A program made the translations under genes and the position numbers. From Ferruginibacter sp. (GTDB lineage Bacteria; Bacteroidota; Bacteroidia; Chitinophagales; Chitinophagaceae), in contig JAYVPT010000040.1 in the NCBI GenBank assembly GCA_043757165.1, forward strand, positions 60,786-124,785: a stretch of 64,000 bases of DNA, written 5' to 3'. Shown here one piece after another: positions 30,111 to 39,293 of this stretch; position 1 is the first letter of the stretch; every line of letters starts with the position of its first letter. The notes beneath the pieces were generated by a model, which was not told where the DNA came from, made no database searches, and worked only from the letters and a program-made list of their open reading frames with translations.

Positions 30111-31379
30111 TTGGATTATATTCTTTTTGTAGTTTACCTGTTGATACTTTGCTGGCTGATCACTAAAGTATCTTTTGTAAAAAACTCCGGGCTTAACAGC
30201 AGGTTGATTGTATTACTTTTTTTATTAAAAATAATAGCAGGGCTGGCTATTGGCTGGATATCTTATAATACCTACAATACTGGAAATGATTACTGGGATG
30301 TAAACCGGGAAGGATGGAAAGAGTACCAGATACTATTAAGCAATCCAAAGGAATATTTCACCAATATTTTTCATTCTCAATATATCAAAGGTTATGGAGG
30401 TTTATTCGATTCATTTCAATCCTTTTGGAACGACCTGAGAAATAATATCATTATTAAGTTTTTATCGATCTGCAATATTTTTAGCCAGGGCAATTATTAC
30501 ATCAACAGCCTGTTCTTTAACTTTTTTTGTTTTTTTGGGCATGTGGCATTTTACAAGGTATTTATACAAATTTATAAAAAGCAGCAGTGGGGTGTTATTG
30601 TTTGTTGTTTTCTGTTGCCATCGATGCTTTATTTTACTTCGGGAGTTCAAAAAGACGGAATTGTTTTTACCACACTTGGCTTTTTATCATATGCGGTATT
30701 TAAATCCTTAGAGGAAAACTATTTTAGTAAAAAAAGATTATTTATAACCGGATTGGCCTTCGTTACATTATTTTTAATAAGAAGCTATGTTTTAATTAAC
30801 CTTTTACCTGCACTTGTTATATGGATACTGGTTAAAAAGTTTAACTGGCCGCCGCTACGGAGTTTTATTGTAGGATATGTAATCTTAGGGGTACTCTTTT
30901 TCAACATCAGCAGTGTTTTTAGTACTGTAAATCCACCTGCAATAGTTGCACAAAAGCAAGCCGATTTTTTTACATTGCCAAAAGCTGTTACACAACTTAA
31001 AACTGATACATTATATCCCTCATTTAATAGTTTTTTGTATAATGCTCCGCAAGCCTATAATCACCTTTTGTTAAGGCCCTATATTTACGAACTGCTAACA
31101 AAAAGCCTGCTGCCTATAATTATTGAAATATTAGTGTACCAGCTGCTTTTTATACTCTTTATTTTTTTTAAAAGAAAAGACGGGGATAACAGATACTGGC
31201 CTTTTATACTTTTCGGAATTTTCTTCACACTCACCATGTTCCTTTTTATTGGTTACATCATGCCAAACCTGGGTTCTCTAATCCGTTACAGGAGTGTTTA
31301 TTTACCCTTTTTGTTAGCCCCGGTAGTTTGCAACATAAATTGGCAACGATTGCGGGCCAGTTTTAAAATTAAAAAATAA
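30111..31379 (+). CDS. Multi-pass membrane protein (possible GT-C / Wzy-like)
   Basis: About 10 TM segments, periplasmic loop GNDYW, KDG motif and C-terminal NLGSLIRYR; TTG start. Confidence 0.7.
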   Translation: MDYILFVVYLLILCWLITKVSFVKNSGLNSRLIVLLFLLKIIAGLAIGWISYNTYNTGNDYWDVNREGWKEYQILLSNPKEYFTNIFHSQYIKGYGGLFDSFQSFWNDLRNNIIIKFLSICNIFSQGNYYINSLFFNFFCFFGHVAFYKVFIQIYKKQQWGVIVCCFLLPSMLYFTSGVQKDGIVFTTLGFLSYAVFKSLEENYFSKKRLFITGLAFVTLFLIRSYVLINLLPALVIWILVKKFNWPPLRSFIVGYVILGVLFFNISSVFSTVNPPAIVAQKQADFFTLPKAVTQLKTDTLYPSFNSFLYNAPQAYNHLLLRPYIYELLTKSLLPIIIEILVYQLLFILFIFFKRKDGDNRYWPFILFGIFFTLTMFLFIGYIMPNLGSLIRYRSVYLPFLLAPVVCNINWQRLRASFKIKK

Positions 31380-31489
31380 AAACATATTTATGTTTTATCC
31401 ACAAACAATCATTTTTTTATAACAAAGGCAATAAAAAACTTGTTTTATAATGAATTTTGACGTTTTTTTGTGGTTCAAAATCAAAAAAT

Positions 31490-33685
31490 ATGCAATCTTT
31501 ACGTTTCAATGCACTGGATAATCTTGCCAGTAATCCTGCGGAAGTTAATGTAACAGGAGTGTCTAAAATTACCGGAATCTTTAATGAAAATGTGTTTACT
31601 CTTAAAGTGGCACGCCAGTTTTTAAGTGATGATGCCTATAAGAGTCTGGCAGCTTCAATTAAAAGCGGGAAAAAAATTGACCGTTCAATGGGCGGACAAA
31701 TTGCTAATGGTGTAAAAGCATGGTCAGAAAGTAAGGGTGTAACGCACTTTACGCACTGGTTTCAACCACTTACAGGGTTATCAGCAGAAAAACATGATTC
31801 ATTTTTTACGTTAAAAGGAGATGGCACACCAATTGAAGAATTTGATGGAGGTGCTTTAATTCAGCAGGAACCCGATGCCTCATCTTTCCCAAGTGGTGGA
31901 TTAAGAGCAACTTTCGAAGCCCGTGGATATACTGCATGGGATCCATCTTCTCCGGCATTTATTATGGAGATTGGCCAGGGAAAAACTTTATGTATACCTA
32001 CTATTTTTGTTTCATATACAGGTGAATCTTTAGATGCTAAAACCCCCTTATTAAAAGCATTGGTGGCAATTGAAAAAGCTGCTGTTGACGTTTGTCAGTA
32101 TTTTGATAAAAACGTAACAAGAGTTACACCAACATTAGGTTGGGAGCAGGAGTATTTTGTAATTGATGCAGGTTTGGCAAATGCACGTCCGGATTTGGTA
32201 TTGACAGGCCGTACAGTATTTGGCCATGCTCCTGCAAAAGGTCAGCAATTAGAAGATCACTATTTTGGAACAATACCGGAAAGGGTATATGCTTTTATGA
32301 GAGATTTTGAATCTGAAGCTTATAAGTTAGGTATTCCGTTACGTACACGTCATAACGAGGTTGCACCTGCACAGTTTGAGTGTGCTCCTATTTATGAAGA
32401 AGTAAATATTGCAGTTGATCATAACCTGTTATTAATGGATATTATGACGAGGGTGGCAAAGCGTCATAATTTAAAAGTATTATTACATGAAAAACCATTT
32501 GCCGGAATTAACGGAAGTGGTAAGCACAATAACTGGAGTATGGCTACTGATACTGGTGTTAATTTATTAGCGCCTGGTAAAACGCCAAAAACCAATTTGA
32601 TGTTCTTAACCTTCTTTGTTAATACTATCAAAGCACTTCATGATTATGCTGATATAGTAAGAGCCTCAATTGCGAGTGCTGGTAATGATCATCGTTTGGG
32701 TGCCAATGAAGCTCCTCCGGCAATTATTTCTGCATTTATCGGTAAATATTTAACGCAGGTATTAGAGCAGGTGGAAACCCGTGTTGGCGGTAAGTTTGAT
32801 GAGCAGGATGAAGCCATGCTTAAACTGGATATTCATAAAAGTATTCCTGAATTAATGCTGGATAATACCGATCGTAACAGAACTTCTCCATTTGCATTTA
32901 CAGGAAATAAATTTGAATTCCGTGCAGTAGGGTCTGCTGCCAACTGTGCCAATAACATGACGGTAATTAATACCATTGTTGCCGAAACGTTGAAAACATT
33001 TAAAAAAGATGTTGATGCATTGATTGACAAAGGAGAGAAGAAAGAAGTGGCCATAATGCAGGTAATTCAAAAATATGTTGTAGAAAGTAAAAAGGTTTTA
33101 TTTGAAGGTGATGGTTACAGTGAAGCATGGGCAAAAGAAGCTGAGAAACGCGGCTTGCCTAATGTAAAAACCACCCCATTGGCTTTAGATGCCTACGTAA
33201 CAGAAAAGGCAAAAAAATTATTTGCAAGCAACGATATTTACAGTCATTCTGAACTTGAAGCAAGGCACGAAATAATGTTGGAAGATTATATTAAAAAAGT
33301 ACAGATTGAAGCAAGGATAATGGGAGAGCTGGCAACAACTTTTATTTTGCCATCTGCAATTAAATATCAAAATACACTGTTAAGCAATATCAATGGTTTA
33401 AAAGCATCAGGCTTGCAGGAAGCTGCTTACTCCAATCAATTGCAGATAGTGGAAAGGATCAGCCATTATGTTCAGCAAATGAGTGATAATGTAGAAAAAA
33501 TGATTGAAGAAAGGAAGATAGCGAATGAACTACCTGATACCAGGGAAAGGGCAATTGCTTATTGCGAAAAAGTAAAAGGGCAATACTTTGACATTATCCG
33601 CTATCATGTAGATAAACTGGAATTGATAGTTGATGATGCTCACTGGTTGTTACCAAAGTACAGAGAAATGCTTTTCTTAAGATAA
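31490..33685 (+). CDS. glnA: Glutamine synthetase type III
   Basis: THFTHWFQPLTG, QQEPDASSFPSGGLR, HNEVAPAQFE, KPFAGINGSGKH and DRNRTSPFAFTGNKFEFR motifs. Start moved to ATG 31490. Confidence 0.96.
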   Translation: MQSLRFNALDNLASNPAEVNVTGVSKITGIFNENVFTLKVARQFLSDDAYKSLAASIKSGKKIDRSMGGQIANGVKAWSESKGVTHFTHWFQPLTGLSAEKHDSFFTLKGDGTPIEEFDGGALIQQEPDASSFPSGGLRATFEARGYTAWDPSSPAFIMEIGQGKTLCIPTIFVSYTGESLDAKTPLLKALVAIEKAAVDVCQYFDKNVTRVTPTLGWEQEYFVIDAGLANARPDLVLTGRTVFGHAPAKGQQLEDHYFGTIPERVYAFMRDFESEAYKLGIPLRTRHNEVAPAQFECAPIYEEVNIAVDHNLLLMDIMTRVAKRHNLKVLLHEKPFAGINGSGKHNNWSMATDTGVNLLAPGKTPKTNLMFLTFFVNTIKALHDYADIVRASIASAGNDHRLGANEAPPAIISAFIGKYLTQVLEQVETRVGGKFDEQDEAMLKLDIHKSIPELMLDNTDRNRTSPFAFTGNKFEFRAVGSAANCANNMTVINTIVAETLKTFKKDVDALIDKGEKKEVAIMQVIQKYVVESKKVLFEGDGYSEAWAKEAEKRGLPNVKTTPLALDAYVTEKAKKLFASNDIYSHSELEARHEIMLEDYIKKVQIEARIMGELATTFILPSAIKYQNTLLSNINGLKASGLQEAAYSNQLQIVERISHYVQQMSDNVEKMIEERKIANELPDTRERAIAYCEKVKGQYFDIIRYHVDKLELIVDDAHWLLPKYREMLFLR

Positions 33686-33737
33686 AAATGCTGGCAAGCA
33701 AATCTGTCATGCTGAAAGGCGTGACGCAATCGTTGTT

Positions 33738-33762
33738 AACCCCGTCTTTATGGCGGGGTTTT
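33738..33762 (+). terminator. Intrinsic terminator after glnA
   Basis: AACCCCG...CGGGGTT stem followed by TT. Confidence 0.7.
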
Positions 33763-33879
33763 CATTTGCTTAGGGTTGCCAAGCTTTTAAAGGTTGGTAA
33801 CCCTGTCTGGTTTTATATTGTAGCAATCAATTAAACTTTGTGGTTAATTTGGTATCTATAAAAAGAAAAATTAAAACAC

Positions 33880-34296
33880 ATGAAAAAAATAAGTATCCTG
33901 CTATTGGCTGTCATAAACGTATCATTATCATTTGCACAGGTACAAAGGACAAAACCAGCCATTAAGCAATCATCAGATTCTCTATCCGCTACAATAGAAA
34001 CAAAACAAACAGGCAAACTTAAGAAAAGGGAAATGATGAGAGAGCTGAATCTTACCAAAGAGCAAAAAGGAAAACTTAAAGAAATAAAACAGGCTAATAA
34101 GGAAAAAACAGAAGAAGTGTTGAATAATGATAAACTAACACAGAAAGAAAAAGATGCCAGATTAAAAACATTACATCAGCAGCAGGCAGAAAAAACCCTT
34201 ACTGTTTTAAATGATGAACAAAAGGCTAAGATAAAAAAAATGAGAACGGAGAAACGGAAAAATAAAAAGGGCGATACAGAAATGGACAATCAATAA
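33880..34296 (+). CDS. Spy/CpxP-like periplasmic protein
   Basis: Signal peptide and LTxxQ-like motifs (LNLTKEQK, LTQKEK, LNDEQK). Confidence 0.7.
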   Translation: MKKISILLLAVINVSLSFAQVQRTKPAIKQSSDSLSATIETKQTGKLKKREMMRELNLTKEQKGKLKEIKQANKEKTEEVLNNDKLTQKEKDARLKTLHQQQAEKTLTVLNDEQKAKIKKMRTEKRKNKKGDTEMDNQ

Positions 34297-34331
34297 ATAA
34301 GTGCATATAAGGAGTAAGATTGAGAAAAACA

Positions 34332-34368
34332 AGAAAGCCGTTCCATAACAGGGCGGCTTTTCTTTTTT
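34332..34368 (+). terminator. Intrinsic terminator
   Basis: AGAAAGCCG...CGGCTTTTCT stem plus T-run. Confidence 0.7.
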
Positions 34369-34387
34369 AAAAACTTATTTTTGCTGC

Positions 34388-35467
34388 ATGGATAATATTT
34401 ATACCTACCCGCAACTCTATTCATTTTGTACGGCAGTTTTTTTAAAGATTGGATGCAGCGAAGCAGATGCAGCAATAGCCAGCAAAGCTTTAATAGCCGC
34501 AGACCTGCGAGGTATCGATAGCCATGGTGTGGCAAGATTAGGCGGTTATGTTCGTTTATGGGAAGCTAAAAGAGTAAATGCAACACCTCAATTAAAAATT
34601 GTACACGAAACACCTTCTACTGCAGTGGTTGATGGTGATGCAGGTTTGGGTTTGGTAGTGGCGCCTTATGCCATGCAGGTGGCTATTGATAAAGCAGCAA
34701 ATGTTGGCACAGGTTGGGTGAGTGTAAAAAACAGTAATCATTTTGGAATTGCAGGTTATCATGCCATGATGGCTTTACCGCATGATATGATTGGCATTGC
34801 TATGACAAATGCCAGTGCATTGGTGGCACCAACATTTTCGGTAGAAAGGATGCTGGGTACAAACCCTATTGCCGTTGCCATACCTGCCGGAACAGAACCC
34901 GCTTTTGTTGCCGACTTTGCAACTACTACAGCTGCTAATGGTAAATTAGAAATATTGCAACGTAAAAATGCTGACGCACCGGTTGGATGGATACAAACCA
35001 AAGATGGTATCAGCAGCACCAATGCCAACGAATTAAAAAATGGCGGCTCACTCTTGCCGTTAGGCAGCGACAGGGAGCACAGCAGTCATAAAGGTTATGC
35101 ATTGGGAGCAATTGTCGATATTTTTTCAGCGGTATTAAGTGGTGCTAATTATGGTCCATGGGTACCGCCTTTTCCAGCCTATGTACCCATGCCGGAAAAT
35201 ATGCCCGGAGAAGGTATTGGCCATTTCTTTGGCGCCATGCGGATTGATGCATTTAGAACACCGGAAGAATTTAAGCAACATATGGATAACTGGATACAGC
35301 GTTTTCGCTCGGCAAAAACAATTGAAGGAGAAGAAAGGGTTATAATACCCGGCGACCCGGAAAGAGAGATGGAAGCAGAACGTATGACCAATGGAATTCC
35401 TTTGGTAGATGCTGTGTTGGAGGATTTAAAAAAAATAGGGGAGAAGTTTTCTCTGTCTTTTCCCTGA
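34388..35467 (+). CDS. Ldh_2-family (malate/L-lactate/ureidoglycolate dehydrogenase-like) oxidoreductase
   Basis: ADLRGIDSHG, NSNHFGIAG, GTNPIAVA and HKGYAL motifs. Confidence 0.92.
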   Translation: MDNIYTYPQLYSFCTAVFLKIGCSEADAAIASKALIAADLRGIDSHGVARLGGYVRLWEAKRVNATPQLKIVHETPSTAVVDGDAGLGLVVAPYAMQVAIDKAANVGTGWVSVKNSNHFGIAGYHAMMALPHDMIGIAMTNASALVAPTFSVERMLGTNPIAVAIPAGTEPAFVADFATTTAANGKLEILQRKNADAPVGWIQTKDGISSTNANELKNGGSLLPLGSDREHSSHKGYALGAIVDIFSAVLSGANYGPWVPPFPAYVPMPENMPGEGIGHFFGAMRIDAFRTPEEFKQHMDNWIQRFRSAKTIEGEERVIIPGDPEREMEAERMTNGIPLVDAVLEDLKKIGEKFSLSFP

Positions 35468-35564
35468 TTCCATTTGGAATAGCACCCTACATGGAATACT
35501 TTTGCAAAAATTTAAAATCATTTATTAATTAAAAAATGCCGCGTCTGCGGCAACCGGGGGGATT

Positions 35565-36884
35565 ATGAAAATAATGAAATTTGGCGGCACCAGCGTTGGT
35601 AAGCCGGAAAGAATGCACCAGGTAAGTCAACTGATAACTGCAGATGATGAAAGTAAAATTGTGGTGTTATCTGCGTTAAGCGGTACTACTAATAACTTAG
35701 TAGAAATTGGTAATGCGATGGCTACCCATAATAAAGCTGAAGCTAAACAGTTGATTGAAAAATTAGAAAATCATTATAAGGATTTTATACAACAGCTTTT
35801 AAAAACAGAAGCCGGGTTGGAACGTGCAGGTAAAGTATTGCAGGAGCATTTTGAATTTTTATACATCATCTTGCGAATATCTTTCAGCGAATCTTTAAAC
35901 AGGGATATATTGGCGCAGGGAGAATTATTAAGCACTAAATTATTTTCTATTTATCTCACAGAAAATAATATTGGCCATGCTTTATTACCTGCATTAGAGT
36001 TTATGACCATTGATGCTTATGATGAGCCGCAGGTTGGCGCTATAAAAGTAAAACTGGCACAACAGCTAAAACAACACAGCGATAAAAAATTGTTTATTAC
36101 ACAGGGATATATTTGCCGTAATGCAAGGGGTGAAGTGGATAATTTAAAAAGAGGAGGAAGCGATTACAGCGCTTCATTAATTGCCGCAGCTATTAACGCC
36201 AGTGTTTGCGAAATATGGACAGATATCGATGGCATGCATAACAATGATCCACGGGTCGTTAATAAAACATTTGCCATTGAGCAATTAAGTTTTGAAGAAG
36301 CTGCTGAGCTGGCATACTTTGGAGCAAAAATTTTACACCCTGCCAGCATTTGGCCGGCGCAATTTTATAATGTACCGGTTAGATTATTAAACACCATGGC
36401 GCCTGCTGCAAAGGGAACTTTAATTGCAGAAAAAGCAGGAAGCGTTGGTGTAAAAGCTGTTGCAGCAAAAGATGGTATTACTGCTATAAGAGTAAAAAGC
36501 AGCCGTATGTTATTGGCTTATGGTTTTTTGCGTAAGGTGTTTGAAGTGTTTGAAAAATACCGCACTTCAATTGATATGATCACCACATCTGAAGTTGCAG
36601 TGTCGGTTACTATTGATAATGATGTAAACCTAAAAGACATTATTAAAGAACTGGAGCCTTTCGGTACTGTAGAAATTGATACCAATCACACCATTGTTTC
36701 TATTGTAGGTAACGAAATTGCCGAAACAAAAGATGTAATGAAAAAACTGTTTGACGCTATTGAACCAATACCCGTGCGGATGGTAAGTTATGGTGGCAGC
36801 AGGCATAATGTTTCTTTATTGATAGACCGGAGTTATAAAGATCAAACCCTGAAACTACTAAACAGTGGATTGTTTGGATTGTAA
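35565..36884 (+). CDS. lysC: Aspartate kinase
   Basis: MKFGGTSVG, LKRGGSDYSA, WTDIDG and YFGAKILHP motifs plus ACT domains. Confidence 0.94.
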   Translation: MKIMKFGGTSVGKPERMHQVSQLITADDESKIVVLSALSGTTNNLVEIGNAMATHNKAEAKQLIEKLENHYKDFIQQLLKTEAGLERAGKVLQEHFEFLYIILRISFSESLNRDILAQGELLSTKLFSIYLTENNIGHALLPALEFMTIDAYDEPQVGAIKVKLAQQLKQHSDKKLFITQGYICRNARGEVDNLKRGGSDYSASLIAAAINASVCEIWTDIDGMHNNDPRVVNKTFAIEQLSFEEAAELAYFGAKILHPASIWPAQFYNVPVRLLNTMAPAAKGTLIAEKAGSVGVKAVAAKDGITAIRVKSSRMLLAYGFLRKVFEVFEKYRTSIDMITTSEVAVSVTIDNDVNLKDIIKELEPFGTVEIDTNHTIVSIVGNEIAETKDVMKKLFDAIEPIPVRMVSYGGSRHNVSLLIDRSYKDQTLKLLNSGLFGL

Positions 36885-36904
36885 AAAATTAAAAAACAAT
36901 AATA

Positions 36905-37357
36905 ATGTCTGAACTATTTGGAAGAATTATTCTGGAGAGAAAAAACCAGTGGATAAACCGCTTAAAAGGCTACAAGGTAGAAATTAACGGAGCAGAGGAG
37001 GATAAGAAAATCAATAATGGTTCAAGCGAAGAATATGAAACGCCTTGTGGAACCAATGTAGTAGTTTGTAAAGTTAACTGGTGCAGCTCCAATTCACTTT
37101 CTTTTGATATAAAACCCGGCGAGACTATTTATTTAAAAGTGGTTTCAGGAATAAAATATTTTTGGGTGGTGTATGGTTTTTTAATGCTGGCACTGTTAGG
37201 GCGTACACTTTTTAAAAAACAAATGACTCCTCAGCTCAATGTTGTAATGGTTAGTGTCTCTATTGTAGTGATGTTATATTTTTTGTACTATCTAACCATT
37301 GGCAGAAAGCAATATCTTAAAATTGAAAAAGATACCAATAATATTTTTGCAAAATAA
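36905..37357 (+). CDS. Hypothetical membrane protein
   Basis: Small beta-rich N-terminal domain followed by two TM helices. Confidence 0.7.
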   Translation: MSELFGRIILERKNQWINRLKGYKVEINGAEEDKKINNGSSEEYETPCGTNVVVCKVNWCSSNSLSFDIKPGETIYLKVVSGIKYFWVVYGFLMLALLGRTLFKKQMTPQLNVVMVSVSIVVMLYFLYYLTIGRKQYLKIEKDTNNIFAK

Positions 37358-37396
37358 TTTCAATCCTGATTAATGCCTCATAAAAGGTAAAGGTTC

Positions 37397-37726
37397 TTAC
37401 CGCTTTTCCAGCTTAGTAATATTTACAAAATTTGCTGAGCATTTTGCAGGATTGTTTGCTGTGTCAACCCTCACCAGAAACGGAAAAGTCTGATTGTCAC
37501 TGATGCCTAAATCAGCGGGGTTATTATTTATTAAAAAGAAAGTACCGGTATAAGGTTTTGTTTCACCATTAAAAGTTATCATTAAACCGCCACAGCAGGG
37601 GCAGCCCCTTGAGTCAAAACCTGTAATAACTGCATTAATTAACACAGTCTTTTCCTTTTTACAAGAAGAATCTGTAAACAAAATTATTGCAGCTAAACCC
37701 AAACAAATTATTAATGTTGATTTCAT
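37397..37726 (-). CDS. Hypothetical lipoprotein
   Basis: Lipobox DSSC and a CPCCGG Cys cluster. Confidence 0.7.
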   Translation of the reverse strand: MKSTLIICLGLAAIILFTDSSCKKEKTVLINAVITGFDSRGCPCCGGLMITFNGETKPYTGTFFLINNNPADLGISDNQTFPFLVRVDTANNPAKCSANFVNITKLEKR

Positions 37727-37792
37727 AGTAATAGTTTTAAAAATGACTATAAAAAATAAAATAGCTTATATAAAATTTACTCAAACCGGGAA

Positions 37793-38257
37793 TTATACCC
37801 CAATTCCTATCTTCTTATAAATAAAACTCAATAACCATGCCGGGCCTATCATTAAAAACTGGATGTCTTTTAAAAAAGATGGTTTTTTACCTTCTACCTT
37901 ATGGCCATAAAACTGGCCTATCCATGCCAATGTAAAAGTTATTAAACAAAATAGCCATAACTGTATCAGCCCCCACTGTTCTATTAAATGGCAAAGCCAT
38001 AAACAAAAAACACCAAACAATATCATCCCAATCCACAAGGTTTTCGACAAAGAAAAATAATAGAAGATCATCAGTAACATTACCACCATTGCCAGGTTAA
38101 TTTGCACTCCTGCAATTGTCCAGGGTAATTTTACGCCATATAATAGCCCAACTACCGAAAAGAAAATAGTGGGCACACAGATCCAGTGAATGGTTTTATT
38201 GGTTTCGTTTTTATGGCTTTCGCCGTACTCTGCAAGCCACTGTTGAATCGATTTCAT
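37793..38257 (-). CDS. DUF962/Mpo1-like membrane protein
   Basis: YGESHKNETNKTIHWICVP and WIGQFYGHKVEGKKPSF motifs. Confidence 0.88.
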   Translation of the reverse strand: MKSIQQWLAEYGESHKNETNKTIHWICVPTIFFSVVGLLYGVKLPWTIAGVQINLAMVVMLLMIFYYFSLSKTLWIGMILFGVFCLWLCHLIEQWGLIQLWLFCLITFTLAWIGQFYGHKVEGKKPSFLKDIQFLMIGPAWLLSFIYKKIGIGV

Positions 38258-38310
38258 AACAAGCGTTTTTACGTTGCTTAAAGTTAAATAAAACTGTTAA
38301 CAATTCATTT

Positions 38311-38337
38311 GCAACTTTTTTATCCTTTTCGGCGTCT
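38311..38337 (+). promoter_or_regulatory. Putative ECF-sigma promoter
   Basis: GCAAC (38311-15), 17-nt spacer, CGTCT (38333-37). Confidence 0.65.
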
Positions 38338-38341
38338 TACA

Positions 38342-38402
38342 AACGGTTTTTCATAGGATATTGGATTTAAAAGGGGCTGGATTTTTATCCTGGCCCTTTT
38401 TT
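38342..38402 (+). ncRNA. Candidate ~60-nt small RNA, copy 1
   Basis: Own promoter, 5' seed GGTTTTTCATAGGATA (38345-60) and terminator hairpin 38369-38402; no co-oriented upstream gene within about 1 kb. Confidence 0.65.
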
Positions 38403-38496
38403 ATTTATACCAGTCCTCAATAATAAAAAGCACTTCTCTCGGCTGATAAAATTTAAAATTATTTTTATACAATCATTTGTTATTGATAGGGCAGAA

Positions 38497-38540
38497 GTGG
38501 CGACGCTCCGTTCAACGGCATATCATTGGGGGACTTTAAT
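38497..38540. repeat. Dispersed promoter-bearing repeat, copy L (inverted relative to copy B)
   Basis: 32/44 ungapped identity to the reverse complement of 39165-39208. Confidence 0.6.
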
Positions 38541-38571
38541 TGCGCCAATGATTATGTTATGCTAGATGATT

Positions 38572-39003
38572 TTAGACCTTAATTAAAATTTGAATTTTAG
38601 GATGTAACCACCAAATTCCTAAAGGGAAGAAAATTAGAAGTACAATATTCCCCAAGTAATCCGGGAAATGGCATTTTTTTTTCAATTCTATTGTAACAAT
38701 AGTTTTAGCAACGAACCTGATTAAATAAATACAGTTCCAGGCTAGAAAGCATTGTCCAATAATTAGTAATGGTAACATCCATTTAGGGTCTTCAATATTT
38801 GGATAAGTCAAGGCGAAATAAATTGATAATGCAATTATATAAATATTGGTTAAGACAAGTTGTACTGTAAATCGCCTAAGCTTAATTACTGGGTCATATG
38901 TGTTTTTTTCGAGAAGTTTTTTTGTAATTGAGTATGTCCAAATAAAAAAAAATGTAAAAACTGCAATATTTATGAAACACCAAAGTTTTATATTACCATA
39001 CAT
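38572..39003 (-). CDS. AT-rich orphan membrane protein, possibly frameshifted (alternative ATG at 39071)
   Basis: Four TM segments. An upstream frame MTPYFSRIPLLTLFFVSI is 1 nt out of register. Confidence 0.6.
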   Translation of the reverse strand: MYGNIKLWCFINIAVFTFFFIWTYSITKKLLEKNTYDPVIKLRRFTVQLVLTNIYIIALSIYFALTYPNIEDPKWMLPLLIIGQCFLAWNCIYLIRFVAKTIVTIELKKKCHFPDYLGNIVLLIFFPLGIWWLHPKIQILIKV

Positions 39004-39156
39004 AAATGGTAGTGTAAGATACTTACAAAGAAGAGAGTTAAAAGTGGTATTCTGGAAAAATAAGGTGTCATAAAGTTCGCCTATAAGATTTAAATATACA
39101 AAACTCCAGTACTTTAACTAATCTAACCCTAAATAAATTTGTGTACCAACATTTCT

Positions 39157-39220
39157 CCGCTTACATAAAAGTTCCCCAATGGTATGTGGTACAAGTGTGC
39201 GACGCAACGATGATGCCATG
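39157..39220. repeat. Dispersed promoter-bearing repeat, copy B
   Basis: 47/58 identical to copy E (61643-61700, opposite strand). Confidence 0.8.
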
Positions 39221-39240
39221 GAAATATAAAGCTGGTACCA

Positions 39241-39271
39241 AAAAAAACTCCCCAAAAATTTGAGGAGTTTT
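39241..39271 (-). terminator. queA terminator
   Basis: AAAACTCC/GGAGTTTT stem with a U-tail on the minus strand. Confidence 0.7.
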
Positions 39272-39293
39272 AAAAAAATCATACAGCAGTATT

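Noticed and set aside
35468-35564. Lysine riboswitch before lysC
   Set aside because: The intergenic region is under 100 nt and has only a small GCCGC/GCGGC hairpin.
38510-38562. Canonical integron attC site (GCATAAC...GTTGAAC)
   Set aside because: It is only 53 bp with asymmetric spacers, no intI or array is present, and its right half is explained by repeat copy L. Kept only as a remark.
39197-39210. Group II intron 5' end (GTGCG) in the repeat core
   Set aside because: No domain V/VI or RT ORF is present, and the orientation relative to the terminators is wrong.
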